A DNA stretch of 64,000 bases from Chloroflexota bacterium (GTDB lineage: Bacteria; Chloroflexota; UBA11872; VXOZ01). Location of the stretch: positions 2,439,045 to 2,503,044 of the forward strand of contig OZ244814.1 in assembly GCA_965220175.1 (NCBI GenBank), read 5' to 3'. Shown one piece after another: positions 20,454 to 29,915 of this stretch. The position numbers and the translations under genes were made by a program. Under the pieces are notes generated by a model. That model was not told where the DNA came from. It was given only the letters and a program-made list of their open reading frames with translations, and searched no databases. Every line of letters starts with the position of its first letter. The stretch's first letter is position 1.

Positions 20454-22070
20454 CTAATTTGGGACCTCCAGCGTCCTTACCCGGCTAGAGAGGGTGAGAG
20501 CATCAACCTGTTGATAGCTGCTCGTTTCGATTACGTGAATCTTAGGATCGCTTTCCTCGGCAATATAGAGATACTTGCCGTCGCTCGAGAGTGCCATAGT
20601 GCGCGGGCGCTGCCCGACCGGAAACGTGTCCATTACCTCCAGGGTTTCCGGGTCAAGCACCTGGCAGTACCCAAGCACCCCGTTGAGCACATAGAGGTTT
20701 TGCGAATTCGGATGCAGCGCGAGCGCAATTGAGCCGCTACTGGTGGTTGTGCCCGGCACCACCGTCCCTTCGTGGATGTCGACGATCGCCAGGACTCCAG
20801 AGTCTATTAATGTAGTGAACAGGCGCTTCCCGTCGGGGGACATGACGCTCCGTCCTGGATTCTCCTTGACCTCAATTGTTCGGAGTACGGCGAGGGGAGT
20901 TGTACTGAGTACCGTAATAGTCTTGCTCCAGTGTCCCACGTGAATGAGGCGGGAACCATCCGGGGTCAGAATTAGTTGACCGAAAGACGGAATGTCCGTG
21001 ACGCTGGCGGTCACGCGCCGGGACTCCAAATCGATCGACACAATCCGGTATATCCGGTCGTCACTGTCACTTTGAAACCGCATGAGACCGTAGAGGGTCT
21101 TTTCATCCAAGGGCCGCAGCGACAAGAATGTCGGCTGCGTATAGTCGCTCTTGATTTCCATCCATTCGTCTTCTTCACCAGTGACAGCGTCGAAGCGTAC
21201 TATCGAACCGCCGAAGCGGCCGCTGTAGAGGTAACGGCCATCCACACTGCGGACAAGACTATACGTTTGGGACACATCCTCATACCGTATGATTGATAGA
21301 TTGCTTGCAGTGTCAATAAGGGTGAGCGAGTTGTCGATGCCGCCAACAAACAGGCGCCCCCCGGCGCTTGGGATCAAGGTAACCGGCACTTCGGTTTCGC
21401 GTCGCTTTACTTCAACTTCAGCGCGTACGAGCGCATGGTCAATATTGCGCACGCCAACAATGTAGTTTCCTAACGGCACCTCCGGAATAGTCGCCTTGCC
21501 GTCATCCTGGGTGAATGCCTCGGCCAAGAGCTGGCCGACCGCGTCGTAGAGAGAAACGTGTGCGCCGGACAAGGGCCGGTCACCGCTGCCCGATACGGCC
21601 ACCACGAGCGGCCAGCCGCTTCGTGAGACCTGAAGAGGGAGCGTTAACTCTAGCTCACGCCCACGCGGGGTCTCGCCGCGTGCCACCAAGAGCAAGGAGT
21701 TCTCGCCAAGCAGCGGCAAATCGACAGGCAACACGAAGGGAATGCGAAATGTCCCAAATTCGTCCGCCCAAGTATGGCCGACCGTGACCGCTGATTCACC
21801 GTTTGGATACGTGAGTTGCAACCGAATGAGGGCGCCCTCCGGCCAGTGCGCGCCGGTGATGAAGACGGTTGCGCCGAGTTCGGCTCGGCCCGGGAGCACG
21901 CTTACGACCGGGTCTCCATCTTCACTCATTTCAAGTACCGGCAACGGATAGTCCGGAACACCGCGCAAGCGGTCAAGGAGCGCGCCCGCAAAACCTAAGA
22001 TGAGAACCAATCCTACGATTGAGAGCAGACTAATGACGAGCGCGCGTGTGCGATTTGTTGAGAGCGCCAT
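20454..22070 (-). CDS. Membrane-anchored protein with carboxypeptidase-regulatory-like (prealbumin fold) domain and YVTN-type beta-propeller repeats
   Basis: 538 aa with an N-terminal TM helix. A CarbopepD_reg-like segment is present (VSLYDAVGQ..GKATIPEVPLGNYIV), followed by repeated SPDGKRLF / SSDGKYLYIA propeller blades. Confidence 0.6.
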   Translation of the reverse strand: MALSTNRTRALVISLLSIVGLVLILGFAGALLDRLRGVPDYPLPVLEMSEDGDPVVSVLPGRAELGATVFITGAHWPEGALIRLQLTYPNGESAVTVGHTWADEFGTFRIPFVLPVDLPLLGENSLLLVARGETPRGRELELTLPLQVSRSGWPLVVAVSGSGDRPLSGAHVSLYDAVGQLLAEAFTQDDGKATIPEVPLGNYIVGVRNIDHALVRAEVEVKRRETEVPVTLIPSAGGRLFVGGIDNSLTLIDTASNLSIIRYEDVSQTYSLVRSVDGRYLYSGRFGGSIVRFDAVTGEEDEWMEIKSDYTQPTFLSLRPLDEKTLYGLMRFQSDSDDRIYRIVSIDLESRRVTASVTDIPSFGQLILTPDGSRLIHVGHWSKTITVLSTTPLAVLRTIEVKENPGRSVMSPDGKRLFTTLIDSGVLAIVDIHEGTVVPGTTTSSGSIALALHPNSQNLYVLNGVLGYCQVLDPETLEVMDTFPVGQRPRTMALSSDGKYLYIAEESDPKIHVIETSSYQQVDALTLSSRVRTLEVPN

Positions 22071-22296
22071 CGAGGCTCCTTGGCTGTTTCCTTGACAAGC
22101 TCAATGGTACTCCTGGTTACCGTTTGCAAGCAATACGCCTCTATAGCGTATCCCGGCGCAACGCTGCGTACCTTCCTGCCAGTCGATCTGACTGGAGAGT
22201 TGAGACCTGATTGGTTACTTGAACGGGATCAATAGCAAGCCTACACAGCATGGGCGCGTGACGGTGGAGAAGCGAACGCAACAGGCCTATAGAGCA

Positions 22297-22326
22297 TTGA
22301 ACTGCGGCAACTGGGTAGCGTATAGT
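22297..22326 (+). promoter_or_regulatory. Candidate sigma70 promoter TTGAAC-18-TATAGT upstream of the plus-strand catabolic cluster
   Basis: The hexamers are read directly; they lie about 110 nt upstream of the 22440 ATG in a divergent intergenic region. Confidence 0.3.
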
Positions 22327-22439
22327 CTCACTGTGTGCACGTTTGCCCCAGCCCAGAGTTTGCCAGCGGGCCTCGGCTTTCGTGCTAGTCTATTCAAGGT
22401 GACCGTACGGCCAAGTACCACGACAGCAAGGTCGGTAGC

Positions 22440-23384
22440 ATGAAGTTCCTGCTCTTTACGAAGCGTCTTGAACATCTCTCCCTGGAAGAGCTGGCCGCGA
22501 CAGTCGCGGGCCTGGGCCTAGATGGCGTGGATTTGACGGTGCGCGGCGCCGGACACAATTTGCCGGAGGCGGCGGCCGGCACTGCCGGCCACGTCATACC
22601 TGAACGAGTGCATACCGATCTCCCGCGGGCTGCTGCAATTTGCCGTGCCCATGGACTTGAAATTGGTTGGATCACTACCGACATTACGAGCGCCGCCACA
22701 CCGTACGCCCGTGAAGTGATCGCTGGGTTAAGTGAGTGCGGCATTCCACAGTTCAAGCTCGGCTATCACCACTACGATGGCTTTGGCCACCTGCGGCGGC
22801 AGCTCGACGCGATGCGGCGCGACCTGGAAAGCATAGAAAAGCTCTGCCTGCAATATGGTGTACAGGCCGGTGTCCACGTTCACGCGGGCTACTGCTTGTC
22901 TGCTGAAGCGATGCAGGTAGAACGCGTGGTAGCCGACTTCGACCCCGCGGCTATTGGCATCTACGCCGACCTCGGTCATATGGGCCTGGAAGGCGCTTAC
23001 GGCGGCTGGGTGCAAAGTCTCGACCTGATTTCCGAGCGGCTGATCATGCTCTCCCTGAAGAACGTAGGGCTGTTTCCTTTTACCGGCGCGGACGACTCCG
23101 GTCGCCGTTCCCATGTGCGCCCGGCGCTGTTCGACCAGCCATCAAACGCCTCAGGGGGTGAAGTGATGTGGGAGAGCAAGTTTGTGCCGTTGAGGGAAGG
23201 CATCACGCCGTACCGCGAGGCATTCTACTACCTCAAGCAGATTGGCTACAGCAACTACGCCTGCTTCCACACCGAGTATCAAGGTGCGTGGAGTTGGCGG
23301 GAACTCTCATATCCCGAATTAATCGAGCAGCTCAAAGACGACCTCGCCTACGTACGAGAAATCACGGCTGAGCTTAATATGTAG
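22440..23384 (+). CDS. Sugar phosphate isomerase/epimerase (xylose-isomerase-like TIM barrel; IolE/MocC-like)
   Basis: 314 aa with the AP-endonuclease-2/TIM-barrel pattern (GLDGVDL, metal-ligand His/Glu/Asp distributed through the barrel). Confidence 0.75.
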   Translation: MKFLLFTKRLEHLSLEELAATVAGLGLDGVDLTVRGAGHNLPEAAAGTAGHVIPERVHTDLPRAAAICRAHGLEIGWITTDITSAATPYAREVIAGLSECGIPQFKLGYHHYDGFGHLRRQLDAMRRDLESIEKLCLQYGVQAGVHVHAGYCLSAEAMQVERVVADFDPAAIGIYADLGHMGLEGAYGGWVQSLDLISERLIMLSLKNVGLFPFTGADDSGRRSHVRPALFDQPSNASGGEVMWESKFVPLREGITPYREAFYYLKQIGYSNYACFHTEYQGAWSWRELSYPELIEQLKDDLAYVREITAELNM

Positions 23385-23508
23385 CAATTCCCATTTATGG
23401 GGTCTGAAGGATCATACAACTTTCAGGTCGATACTCAAGAGTTGAGGCTTATGTAAGGTACAGTCTCTCGGTGTACTGGGCGCAATGCCATAGAAACAGG
23501 AGGCGGTC

Positions 23509-24525
23509 GTGAGTTTCCGCATCGGTTTGATCGGACTGGAACAGCACGTCGAACGCGTGTTTGGTGCTGTGGACAACGACCCGGAGATTGCTCTCGTAGC
23601 GGTTGCCAACGCGGGCGAGCAGAGCGCTGAGATTGCCGAAAAGTACCAGGCCGAAACCTACGATGACTATCACGATCTGCTGGCCCGCGACGACATTGAT
23701 GTGATTGCCAGTTTTCAGTTGCCGGTCCTGCAAGGCGAAACGGTAATTGCGGCGCTGGAAGCCGGCTACCCTGTGCTATCAGAGAAGCCCATGGCGACGC
23801 GGCAGGACGAGCTTGACCGCATCATCGGCATACTTCAGGAGAATTCCAACCTTCATGTAGGACAACTCTTCAGTCGACGGGGCAATCCGGTCTACCGGGC
23901 CGTGCGCGATGTGGTGCAGAGTGGCCGGATAGGTGAGGTGGCGTTGGCCTACGCGCTCATCGCCGCCACTGAGCGGCGCGGTGTGCGGCCGGAGTGGTTC
24001 TTCGACCGCAGGCTCTCCGCCGGGCCGGTGCTCGACTTGCTCATTCACGACATCGACATTGTGCGCTGGATCACCGGCCTCGAGTATCGGAGCGTCATCG
24101 GCACGGAAGCCAACATCGGCCGCCCGGACGATCCCCACTACCATAACGTCGGACAGGTGCTGTTTAGCATGGACGGCGGGGTGAGCGCCGTGCTCGAGCA
24201 CCATCGTCTTGTGCCGCCGAGTTTGGGACGCATGGACAACCGCCTCAAAGTCCTCGGCACCGAGGGGCAGGCGGAAATCACCCATGACGGCAAAGTATGG
24301 CTCTATGGCTGGGATGAATCTCAGGAGTTGACCGACTTGCCGGCGCAGCAGGACATCTTCGCCAATTTTGTCCGCGCCGCCTGTGCGGGCCAAACACCCA
24401 TCGTGAGCACGCAGGATGCGGTGCAAAGCATGCAAGCCACTCTCTCCGCTACTGAGGCCGGCTATAGCGGGACTCAGAAGCAGGTGCCGCCGGTACCAAT
24501 TCTGCCGGAACGCACAGCCCCATAG
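23509..24525 (+). CDS. Gfo/Idh/MocA-family NAD(P)-dependent oxidoreductase
   Basis: N-terminal Rossmann fold (FRIGLIGLEQHV), the EKP motif (VLSEKPMA) and a C-terminal alpha/beta domain. Confidence 0.85.
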   Translation: MSFRIGLIGLEQHVERVFGAVDNDPEIALVAVANAGEQSAEIAEKYQAETYDDYHDLLARDDIDVIASFQLPVLQGETVIAALEAGYPVLSEKPMATRQDELDRIIGILQENSNLHVGQLFSRRGNPVYRAVRDVVQSGRIGEVALAYALIAATERRGVRPEWFFDRRLSAGPVLDLLIHDIDIVRWITGLEYRSVIGTEANIGRPDDPHYHNVGQVLFSMDGGVSAVLEHHRLVPPSLGRMDNRLKVLGTEGQAEITHDGKVWLYGWDESQELTDLPAQQDIFANFVRAACAGQTPIVSTQDAVQSMQATLSATEAGYSGTQKQVPPVPILPERTAP

Positions 24526-24625
24526 GCCGAGCCTACAGGACGGGATTAGTCTTTCGTTTTGTGGATTCCCCTCGAGCCAGCCGTCAAGTTTACCAGGGCG
24601 GGAAGAGTCAGTACTCCTACACTGA

Positions 24626-25690
24626 TTGGAGTGTAAGGCTGCGCTTCAAGCAAGGGAAAAACGGTTGAAGTACATAGTTGATGCCAGCCCTGCTATGCCA
24701 CACCAGGGCACAACCCTGGCCTCCTGCCTCTGTCCGTTGCTGCAAGCCGTCGGCCGGCCGGAGTGGACTATGGCGCGCTTGCAGGGTGTTCTGGGTCATG
24801 CCTTCCAATTTGATATGAAGGAGGGCGGCCAGCACGTCAATCACGATCATTTTGACTGGGGGCCTGCCCTGGATCTCTTGCCACAGATCGTGCAATTCCG
24901 GACATTCATGGCTAACGAGCAGGACGCGGACATTGACTTGCCGGCGCTAAAGCGAGAAGTGAGAGACTCTGTAGTTTCCGGTCTAAAGCGTGGCATTCCC
25001 GCGCTGGCGTGGTCCCCCATGAGCCGGGAAATCGCGGCGAGCCACCACCACGGCGTGTGCTGGGGCTTGCTCATTGGCTATGACGAGACGGATGAGACGT
25101 ACACAATCCGTCACCCGTTCGTCAATGGCGCCTACGCTGTGCGATACGACGAAATCGGACACGCAGAAGCGGAGGAGTCGATCTGGGTCATGCCTTACGA
25201 CGGGCCCAGCACTGCGGACGAGCGAGCAACGCATATCACGGCGCTACGCAACGCCGTAGCCTATGCACACGCGAGGCGATATGCGGAAGACGACGAGCGC
25301 AACGCCAATCGGCGCGCGCTTCCGCACGGCTTCGCAGCCTATGACGTCTGGCAGCAGGCCTTTGAATCGGAAGATGTGCCGGTTAATGTTACCCACCACC
25401 ATCTCGAGATGCTGATGTACCGGCGGGTTGCGGCTGCAGCATATCTGCGGGAGCTTGCCGATTTCTTTCCTGCAGCGGCCAAGAGCCTGGAGGCGGCGGC
25501 GCATTCCTATGACCGTGAAATGGACTCGCTAAACCCGCTCCACGATCTCTGCGACACCGCTTGTGACAGAGAATCGTGGCTGGCAGAGGACAGGGCGCAG
25601 GCGCGGCAATTCATCGGTAGCGCTTTGGAGTCAGACCGCGAGGCAATTGCCAGTATTGAGGCTGGGCTCGCAATACTTGAAGAAAACTAA
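24626..25690 (+). CDS. Conserved protein of unknown function, paralog 1 (conserved Cys near the N-terminus, His-rich motifs); start uncertain (possible TTG at 24665 or ATG at 24695)
   Basis: About 60% identical to the downstream ORF. Shared motifs are GTTLASCLCPL, RPEW.MARLQGV.GHAF.F.M, DWGPALD, HHxxCWGL.GY.ET.ETYT.RHPF, RYD.IGHA, and AAAAYLREL..FPAA. Confidence 0.6.
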   Translation: MECKAALQAREKRLKYIVDASPAMPHQGTTLASCLCPLLQAVGRPEWTMARLQGVLGHAFQFDMKEGGQHVNHDHFDWGPALDLLPQIVQFRTFMANEQDADIDLPALKREVRDSVVSGLKRGIPALAWSPMSREIAASHHHGVCWGLLIGYDETDETYTIRHPFVNGAYAVRYDEIGHAEAEESIWVMPYDGPSTADERATHITALRNAVAYAHARRYAEDDERNANRRALPHGFAAYDVWQQAFESEDVPVNVTHHHLEMLMYRRVAAAAYLRELADFFPAAAKSLEAAAHSYDREMDSLNPLHDLCDTACDRESWLAEDRAQARQFIGSALESDREAIASIEAGLAILEEN

Positions 25691-25712
25691 CGTGCCGGAT
25701 CTTGAACAGAAC

Positions 25713-26744
25713 ATGATTGTCGAGATCGACGTTCACCCGTATCTTCCACACGATGGGACAACGCTTGCTTCCTGCCTTTGCCCGCTAATGCAATCCGTCG
25801 GCCGACCGGAGTGGTCGATGGCGCGGCTGCAGGGCGTCATGGGGCATGCTTTCCACTTTGAGATGGCCAAGGGTGGGGGCGACGTCATGCACGACAACAT
25901 CGACTGGGGGCCCGCCTTGGACTTCCTCCCGGTATTCGCGCAGTTCCGTGCCTTCAAAGCAACCAAGCACGATGCTGACGTCGATCTTCCCGCGCTGAAG
26001 CGAGAGGCAAGGGACACCGTTCGCGCCGGTCTGAAGAACGGCTTTCCCGCGCTGGTGTGGCAGCCAATGAACCTGAAACAGAAGGCAAGCGATCACCCGG
26101 CGCACCACGCGTACTGCTGGGGGCTGATCGTTGGATATAACGAAACGGAAGAGACATACACGGTTCGTCACCCGTTTGTAGACTGCACCTACACCGTTCG
26201 CTACGACGACATCGGACATGCGGATCCGGCTGAGTTGTTCAGCATTCTGGCGTACGAAAATTCGAGCTCAGCAGACGTCAATGTGGTGCATCTGACGGCA
26301 TTGAAAAACGCCGTCGCCTTCGCGCACGCCACTCGATTCGCGGCTGATGATGAGGCCAATGCCAGGCGGAGAGCCCGTCCGCATGGTTTGGCAGCCTACG
26401 CACTCTGGCGTGAAGCGTTCACTGCAGAAGATGTCCCCACGTTCAAATCCCATCACCACATCACCGTACTGGCGGCGCGGCGTCGTGCGGCGGCCGCGTA
26501 TCTGCGCGAGCTCGTTGCAATCTTTCCTGCAGCCGACGGACACCTTGAAGCAGCGGCAGCTCATTACGATCATGAAGCGGAACCACTAGATGCCATCCAC
26601 AATCTCTGCAATACGGCCTGCGATGAAGACAAGTGGAGTGCGGAGAACCGAGCTCAGGTGGGCGGATTGATCGGCGACGCATTGCTCTGTGAAACAAAGG
26701 CAATTGCCGCCATCGAGACGGCACTCACGATGCTGGATAGGTAA
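25713..26744 (+). CDS. Conserved protein of unknown function, paralog 2
   Basis: 343 aa from the ATG at 25713 (the ORF is open from 25563 and overlaps the paralog 1 stop). Motifs are the same as in paralog 1. Confidence 0.6.
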   Translation: MIVEIDVHPYLPHDGTTLASCLCPLMQSVGRPEWSMARLQGVMGHAFHFEMAKGGGDVMHDNIDWGPALDFLPVFAQFRAFKATKHDADVDLPALKREARDTVRAGLKNGFPALVWQPMNLKQKASDHPAHHAYCWGLIVGYNETEETYTVRHPFVDCTYTVRYDDIGHADPAELFSILAYENSSSADVNVVHLTALKNAVAFAHATRFAADDEANARRRARPHGLAAYALWREAFTAEDVPTFKSHHHITVLAARRRAAAAYLRELVAIFPAADGHLEAAAAHYDHEAEPLDAIHNLCNTACDEDKWSAENRAQVGGLIGDALLCETKAIAAIETALTMLDR

Positions 26745-26823
26745 CAAACTAAATTCTTGACTGATTGCGCGAATAATGTATAGACTACCCGCATGACGAT
26801 GCAGTGGGCGGGAGAGTGCGCGG

Positions 26824-27627
26824 GTGATTATTGACGTACATTCCCACGTCAAGAACGACCACGAGATCACAGTCTCGCTGCGCAAGGCGCGACGGCACGG
26901 CGTCATCCTCTGCATCAACGTGCTCAACTCAAACAACAACTATCCCCCCACGCTGCCAACCCCTGAGTATGTTGCCGCGTGCAACGACCTTACCTTTAAC
27001 GTAGCCTCCAACAACCCCGATTGCGTGATACCCATGTGGTATCTCAATCCCTACCATCCGCGGGAAATGGAAGCCGAACTTAAGCGCCGCGTAGGAGCCT
27101 GGGACGGCCATCAGGGCGCGAAGCTTTGGACCGGCGTGAAAGCCAATGATCCGCGCTTGGAAGGCATCTATGCGCTTCTCGCCGAATACAAACTGCCGGT
27201 ACTCCAGCACACCTACATGGCGGTGACGGGGAACATGCCCGGCGAGACCAACCCCTTCGAAATGCGCGAGGCCGGGCTCCGGCATCCCGATGTCAGTTTC
27301 TTCTTCGGCCACTCCGGCAGCGACATGGAGTACGGCGCTAAGGCCGCCCAAGGCGTGTCCAACCTCTTCATGGACATCGGTGGCGGCGACGCTACTAATG
27401 GCTATACCGAGACGCTCGTGGAGCACGCAGGAGCGGATCGCGTCGTATACGGCAGCGACCTCAACGCGCCGCGCTCGTTCATGTCACAACTGGCGAAAGT
27501 GTACGGGGCGGACATTCCCGATGAGGAGAAGGAACTGATTCTCTGGCGGAACGCCCACGGCATCTTTACACGGCAGACAGTCGCTTGGAGCCAATTTGAC
27601 CGGCATCAGAAGGCGGCTGAGCAGTAA
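26824..27627 (+). CDS. Amidohydrolase-2 family metal-dependent hydrolase (TIM barrel; ACMSD/LigI-like)
   Basis: The N-terminus IIDVHSHV is the typical His-x-His metal site. GTG start, 267 aa. Confidence 0.7.
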   Translation: MIIDVHSHVKNDHEITVSLRKARRHGVILCINVLNSNNNYPPTLPTPEYVAACNDLTFNVASNNPDCVIPMWYLNPYHPREMEAELKRRVGAWDGHQGAKLWTGVKANDPRLEGIYALLAEYKLPVLQHTYMAVTGNMPGETNPFEMREAGLRHPDVSFFFGHSGSDMEYGAKAAQGVSNLFMDIGGGDATNGYTETLVEHAGADRVVYGSDLNAPRSFMSQLAKVYGADIPDEEKELILWRNAHGIFTRQTVAWSQFDRHQKAAEQ

Positions 27628-27647
27628 GAGTCACGACTTCGTGAATT

Positions 27648-27716
27648 GTCATTCCGGCGAATGCCGGAATCTAGTGGGCGGAAGAAAAGATGGATTCCCG
27701 CATTCGCGGGAATGAC
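27648..27716. repeat. Pair of near-identical 24-nt hairpin elements in inverted orientation (GTCATTCCGGCGAATGCCGGAATC ... GATTCCCGCATTCGCGGGAATGAC)
   Basis: Each unit is a 7-bp-stem palindrome with GTCATT/AATGAC flanks. The two copies are reverse complements of each other differing at one stem position, separated by 21 nt, in the gap between the two amidohydrolase genes. Confidence 0.5.
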
Positions 27717-27776
27717 GGCCGAGTAATCACTTCCTTTCTAAGTCAAGAGATCACCGAAGCAGTTTGAGCAAAGTCT

Positions 27777-28607
27777 ATGATTGACGCGAATGCGTACATC
27801 GGCGAGTGGCCCTTCCGCCGGCTCAATCACGCGGCGCCGGACGCGCTGCTGCGCAAGATGGACGCGCTTGGCATTGAGAAGGCGGTGGTCTCGCGGCTGG
27901 AAAACGTCTTTTACAAAGACGTGATGGTGGGCAACCGCGAATTGCACGGCATTGTGCAGCAGCATCCGGACCGGTTTGTGCCTGCCTACACAATCAACTC
28001 CGCTATGCCAGGTTGGGAACTGGACTTCCAGCGCTGCGTCGAGGAATACGGCATGCGCAACTTGCGCATTCACCCCAACTACCACCAGTTCACGCTGCTG
28101 GAGCCGCACACCACGCGCGTCATGGACGCCAGTTTGGAAGCGTATGCCCAGTACCACATGCTTTCGAGCAATGCCCTCGCCCTGCTTGAGCGCGCAAGAG
28201 CTCACGATCTCGTCGTGCTCCTCACGCTCACCCTTGAAGATTCCCGCTGGCATCACTGGCACGTTAAGGTGCCGCCGGTCACGACAACCGACGCCGTGGA
28301 AGGCATCTGCACCTTCCCGGACGTACGCTTTCTCGTGTGCACCGGTCGCTACGGGCACATTGCCGACATTTGGCGGCGGGTATACAAGAGTGACAATCTC
28401 TATTTCGACGTTTCCCGCGTGCAGGGACCGGTGGACGACATCGAGCAACTCTGCGCCCAAGTAGGCGCCGAATGCTTGCTCCTGGGCACGAATTGCCCAA
28501 TCTTCTATCCCGAATCCGCCAAGCTCAGTATCGAGCATGCCGAGATCACCGACCAAGAAAAGGAACTGCTGCTCTCCGCTAACGCGAAGCGACTGTTTGC
28601 ACTGTAA
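27777..28607 (+). CDS. Amidohydrolase-2 family metal-dependent hydrolase (second copy, divergent)
   Basis: 276 aa with TIM-barrel hydrolase motifs (IDANAYIGEWPF..; HPNYH; the C-terminus is conserved with the upstream enzyme: EKELLLSANAKRLF vs EKELILWRNAHGIF). Confidence 0.7.
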   Translation: MIDANAYIGEWPFRRLNHAAPDALLRKMDALGIEKAVVSRLENVFYKDVMVGNRELHGIVQQHPDRFVPAYTINSAMPGWELDFQRCVEEYGMRNLRIHPNYHQFTLLEPHTTRVMDASLEAYAQYHMLSSNALALLERARAHDLVVLLTLTLEDSRWHHWHVKVPPVTTTDAVEGICTFPDVRFLVCTGRYGHIADIWRRVYKSDNLYFDVSRVQGPVDDIEQLCAQVGAECLLLGTNCPIFYPESAKLSIEHAEITDQEKELLLSANAKRLFAL

Positions 28608-28619
28608 AGGAAGTGCCCC

Positions 28620-29915
28620 ATGGCCAGCGCGACCAAGCTCGACGTCTCTCGTTCGGTGGAACTCTACGAGGAAGCCGTGCGCCTCATGCCGGGCGGCTCG
28701 CAGACCAAAGGCAAGCGCCCCAACCCTGCGTCGTACGGTGCCATGCCGATATTTATGTCACATGGACGGGGCTCGCGGCTGTGGGATGTTAACGGCAACA
28801 GCTACATTGACTACTACGGCGCTTCCGGCGGTGTCTTGCTGGGGTATTGTCACCCGGATGTAGACCGCGCGGTCGCAGCACAACTTGAAAAGGGCATGCT
28901 CTTCAGCACGCCCTCCGAGCCGGAGATCGCGTGCGCCAAGCTCGTCAACGAGGTCGTGCCCTGCTCCGAGATGGTCCGCTTTTTGAAAGGCGGGGTGGAT
29001 GTAAATCAATGCGCCACACGCATTGCCCGCGCCTACACGAAGCGCGAAATCGTGCTAAACAACGGCTATCGCGGCTGGGCGGACGAATGGAACTACTGGC
29101 GCAACGACGGCGGCATGCCGGCTGCCTTCCACACCCTGAATCAGCAATTCCGCTTTAACGACCTCAACCACCTGGAAGAACTCTTCGCGCTCAACGACGG
29201 CAAGGTCGCCGCGGTCTCTTTCGATTGCGCAGAACCGCTCAAGGAACCGGAGCCAGGATTCCTGCAGGACCTCAAGGACTTGGCGCACCGACACGGGGCG
29301 CTGGTGATTTACGACGAGTGCATGACGGGCTTCCGTTTTGCCCTGGGCGGCGCGCAGGAGTACTACGGCGTGGAGCCGGACATAGCTACCTACGCCAAAG
29401 GCATGGCCAACGGCATGTCGCTCGGGGCGGTGGCCGGCAGCCGCGAAATCATGGAAAAGACTGCCGACTGTTTGATTAGCCTGACGTTTGGCGGCGAAAC
29501 CCTCTCCCTCGTGGCAAGCATTGCCACGCTGCAGATCTGCCGCGACGAGGACGTGGCGGGCCACATTAACCGCATCTCGCAAGCTGTCATGGACGGCGTG
29601 GAGGAGGTCTCGCACCGCGTGGGCATTCCGATGGAGTCGTTCGGCCCGCCGGCGTTGTTCGGCATCAGGTTCATTGCCGGCGATGAGCCGCTGCCCGCCG
29701 ACGCCGGTACGTTCTTCTACACCGGTCTCGCCAAGCGCGGTGTGATGCTCAAGGGCTCCTGGAACAACGTGCTCTACGCCCACAGCGACGAGGACGTGGC
29801 GGAGACGCTGGAGGCGGTGGAGGATACATTGTTGGACCTGCGGCGCGCGCGGGATGCGGGAAGGGTGTCGGAGGAGGTTGCTGTGGCTACCGTACCATTT
29901 AACCGTCCCTACTAG
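28620..29915 (+). CDS. Class-III PLP-dependent aminotransferase (glutamate-1-semialdehyde aminomutase-like)
   Basis: 431 aa starting at 28620, 13 nt after the upstream amidohydrolase-2 gene. Motifs: GGSQTKGKRP, SGGVLLGYCHP, the YDECMTGFR region, and TYAKGMANG (Lys in the PLP-binding context). Confidence 0.85.
   Translation: MASATKLDVSRSVELYEEAVRLMPGGSQTKGKRPNPASYGAMPIFMSHGRGSRLWDVNGNSYIDYYGASGGVLLGYCHPDVDRAVAAQLEKGMLFSTPSEPEIACAKLVNEVVPCSEMVRFLKGGVDVNQCATRIARAYTKREIVLNNGYRGWADEWNYWRNDGGMPAAFHTLNQQFRFNDLNHLEELFALNDGKVAAVSFDCAEPLKEPEPGFLQDLKDLAHRHGALVIYDECMTGFRFALGGAQEYYGVEPDIATYAKGMANGMSLGAVAGSREIMEKTADCLISLTFGGETLSLVASIATLQICRDEDVAGHINRISQAVMDGVEEVSHRVGIPMESFGPPALFGIRFIAGDEPLPADAGTFFYTGLAKRGVMLKGSWNNVLYAHSDEDVAETLEAVEDTLLDLRRARDAGRVSEEVAVATVPFNRPY

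Noticed and set aside
23779-24435. 218-aa minus-strand ORF
   Set aside because: Antisense to the Gfo/Idh/MocA oxidoreductase.
27648-27716. CRISPR-like look of the CCCGC/GCGGG-containing hairpins
   Set aside because: There are only two copies, they are in inverted rather than direct orientation, no spacer array is present, and there are no cas genes in the window.
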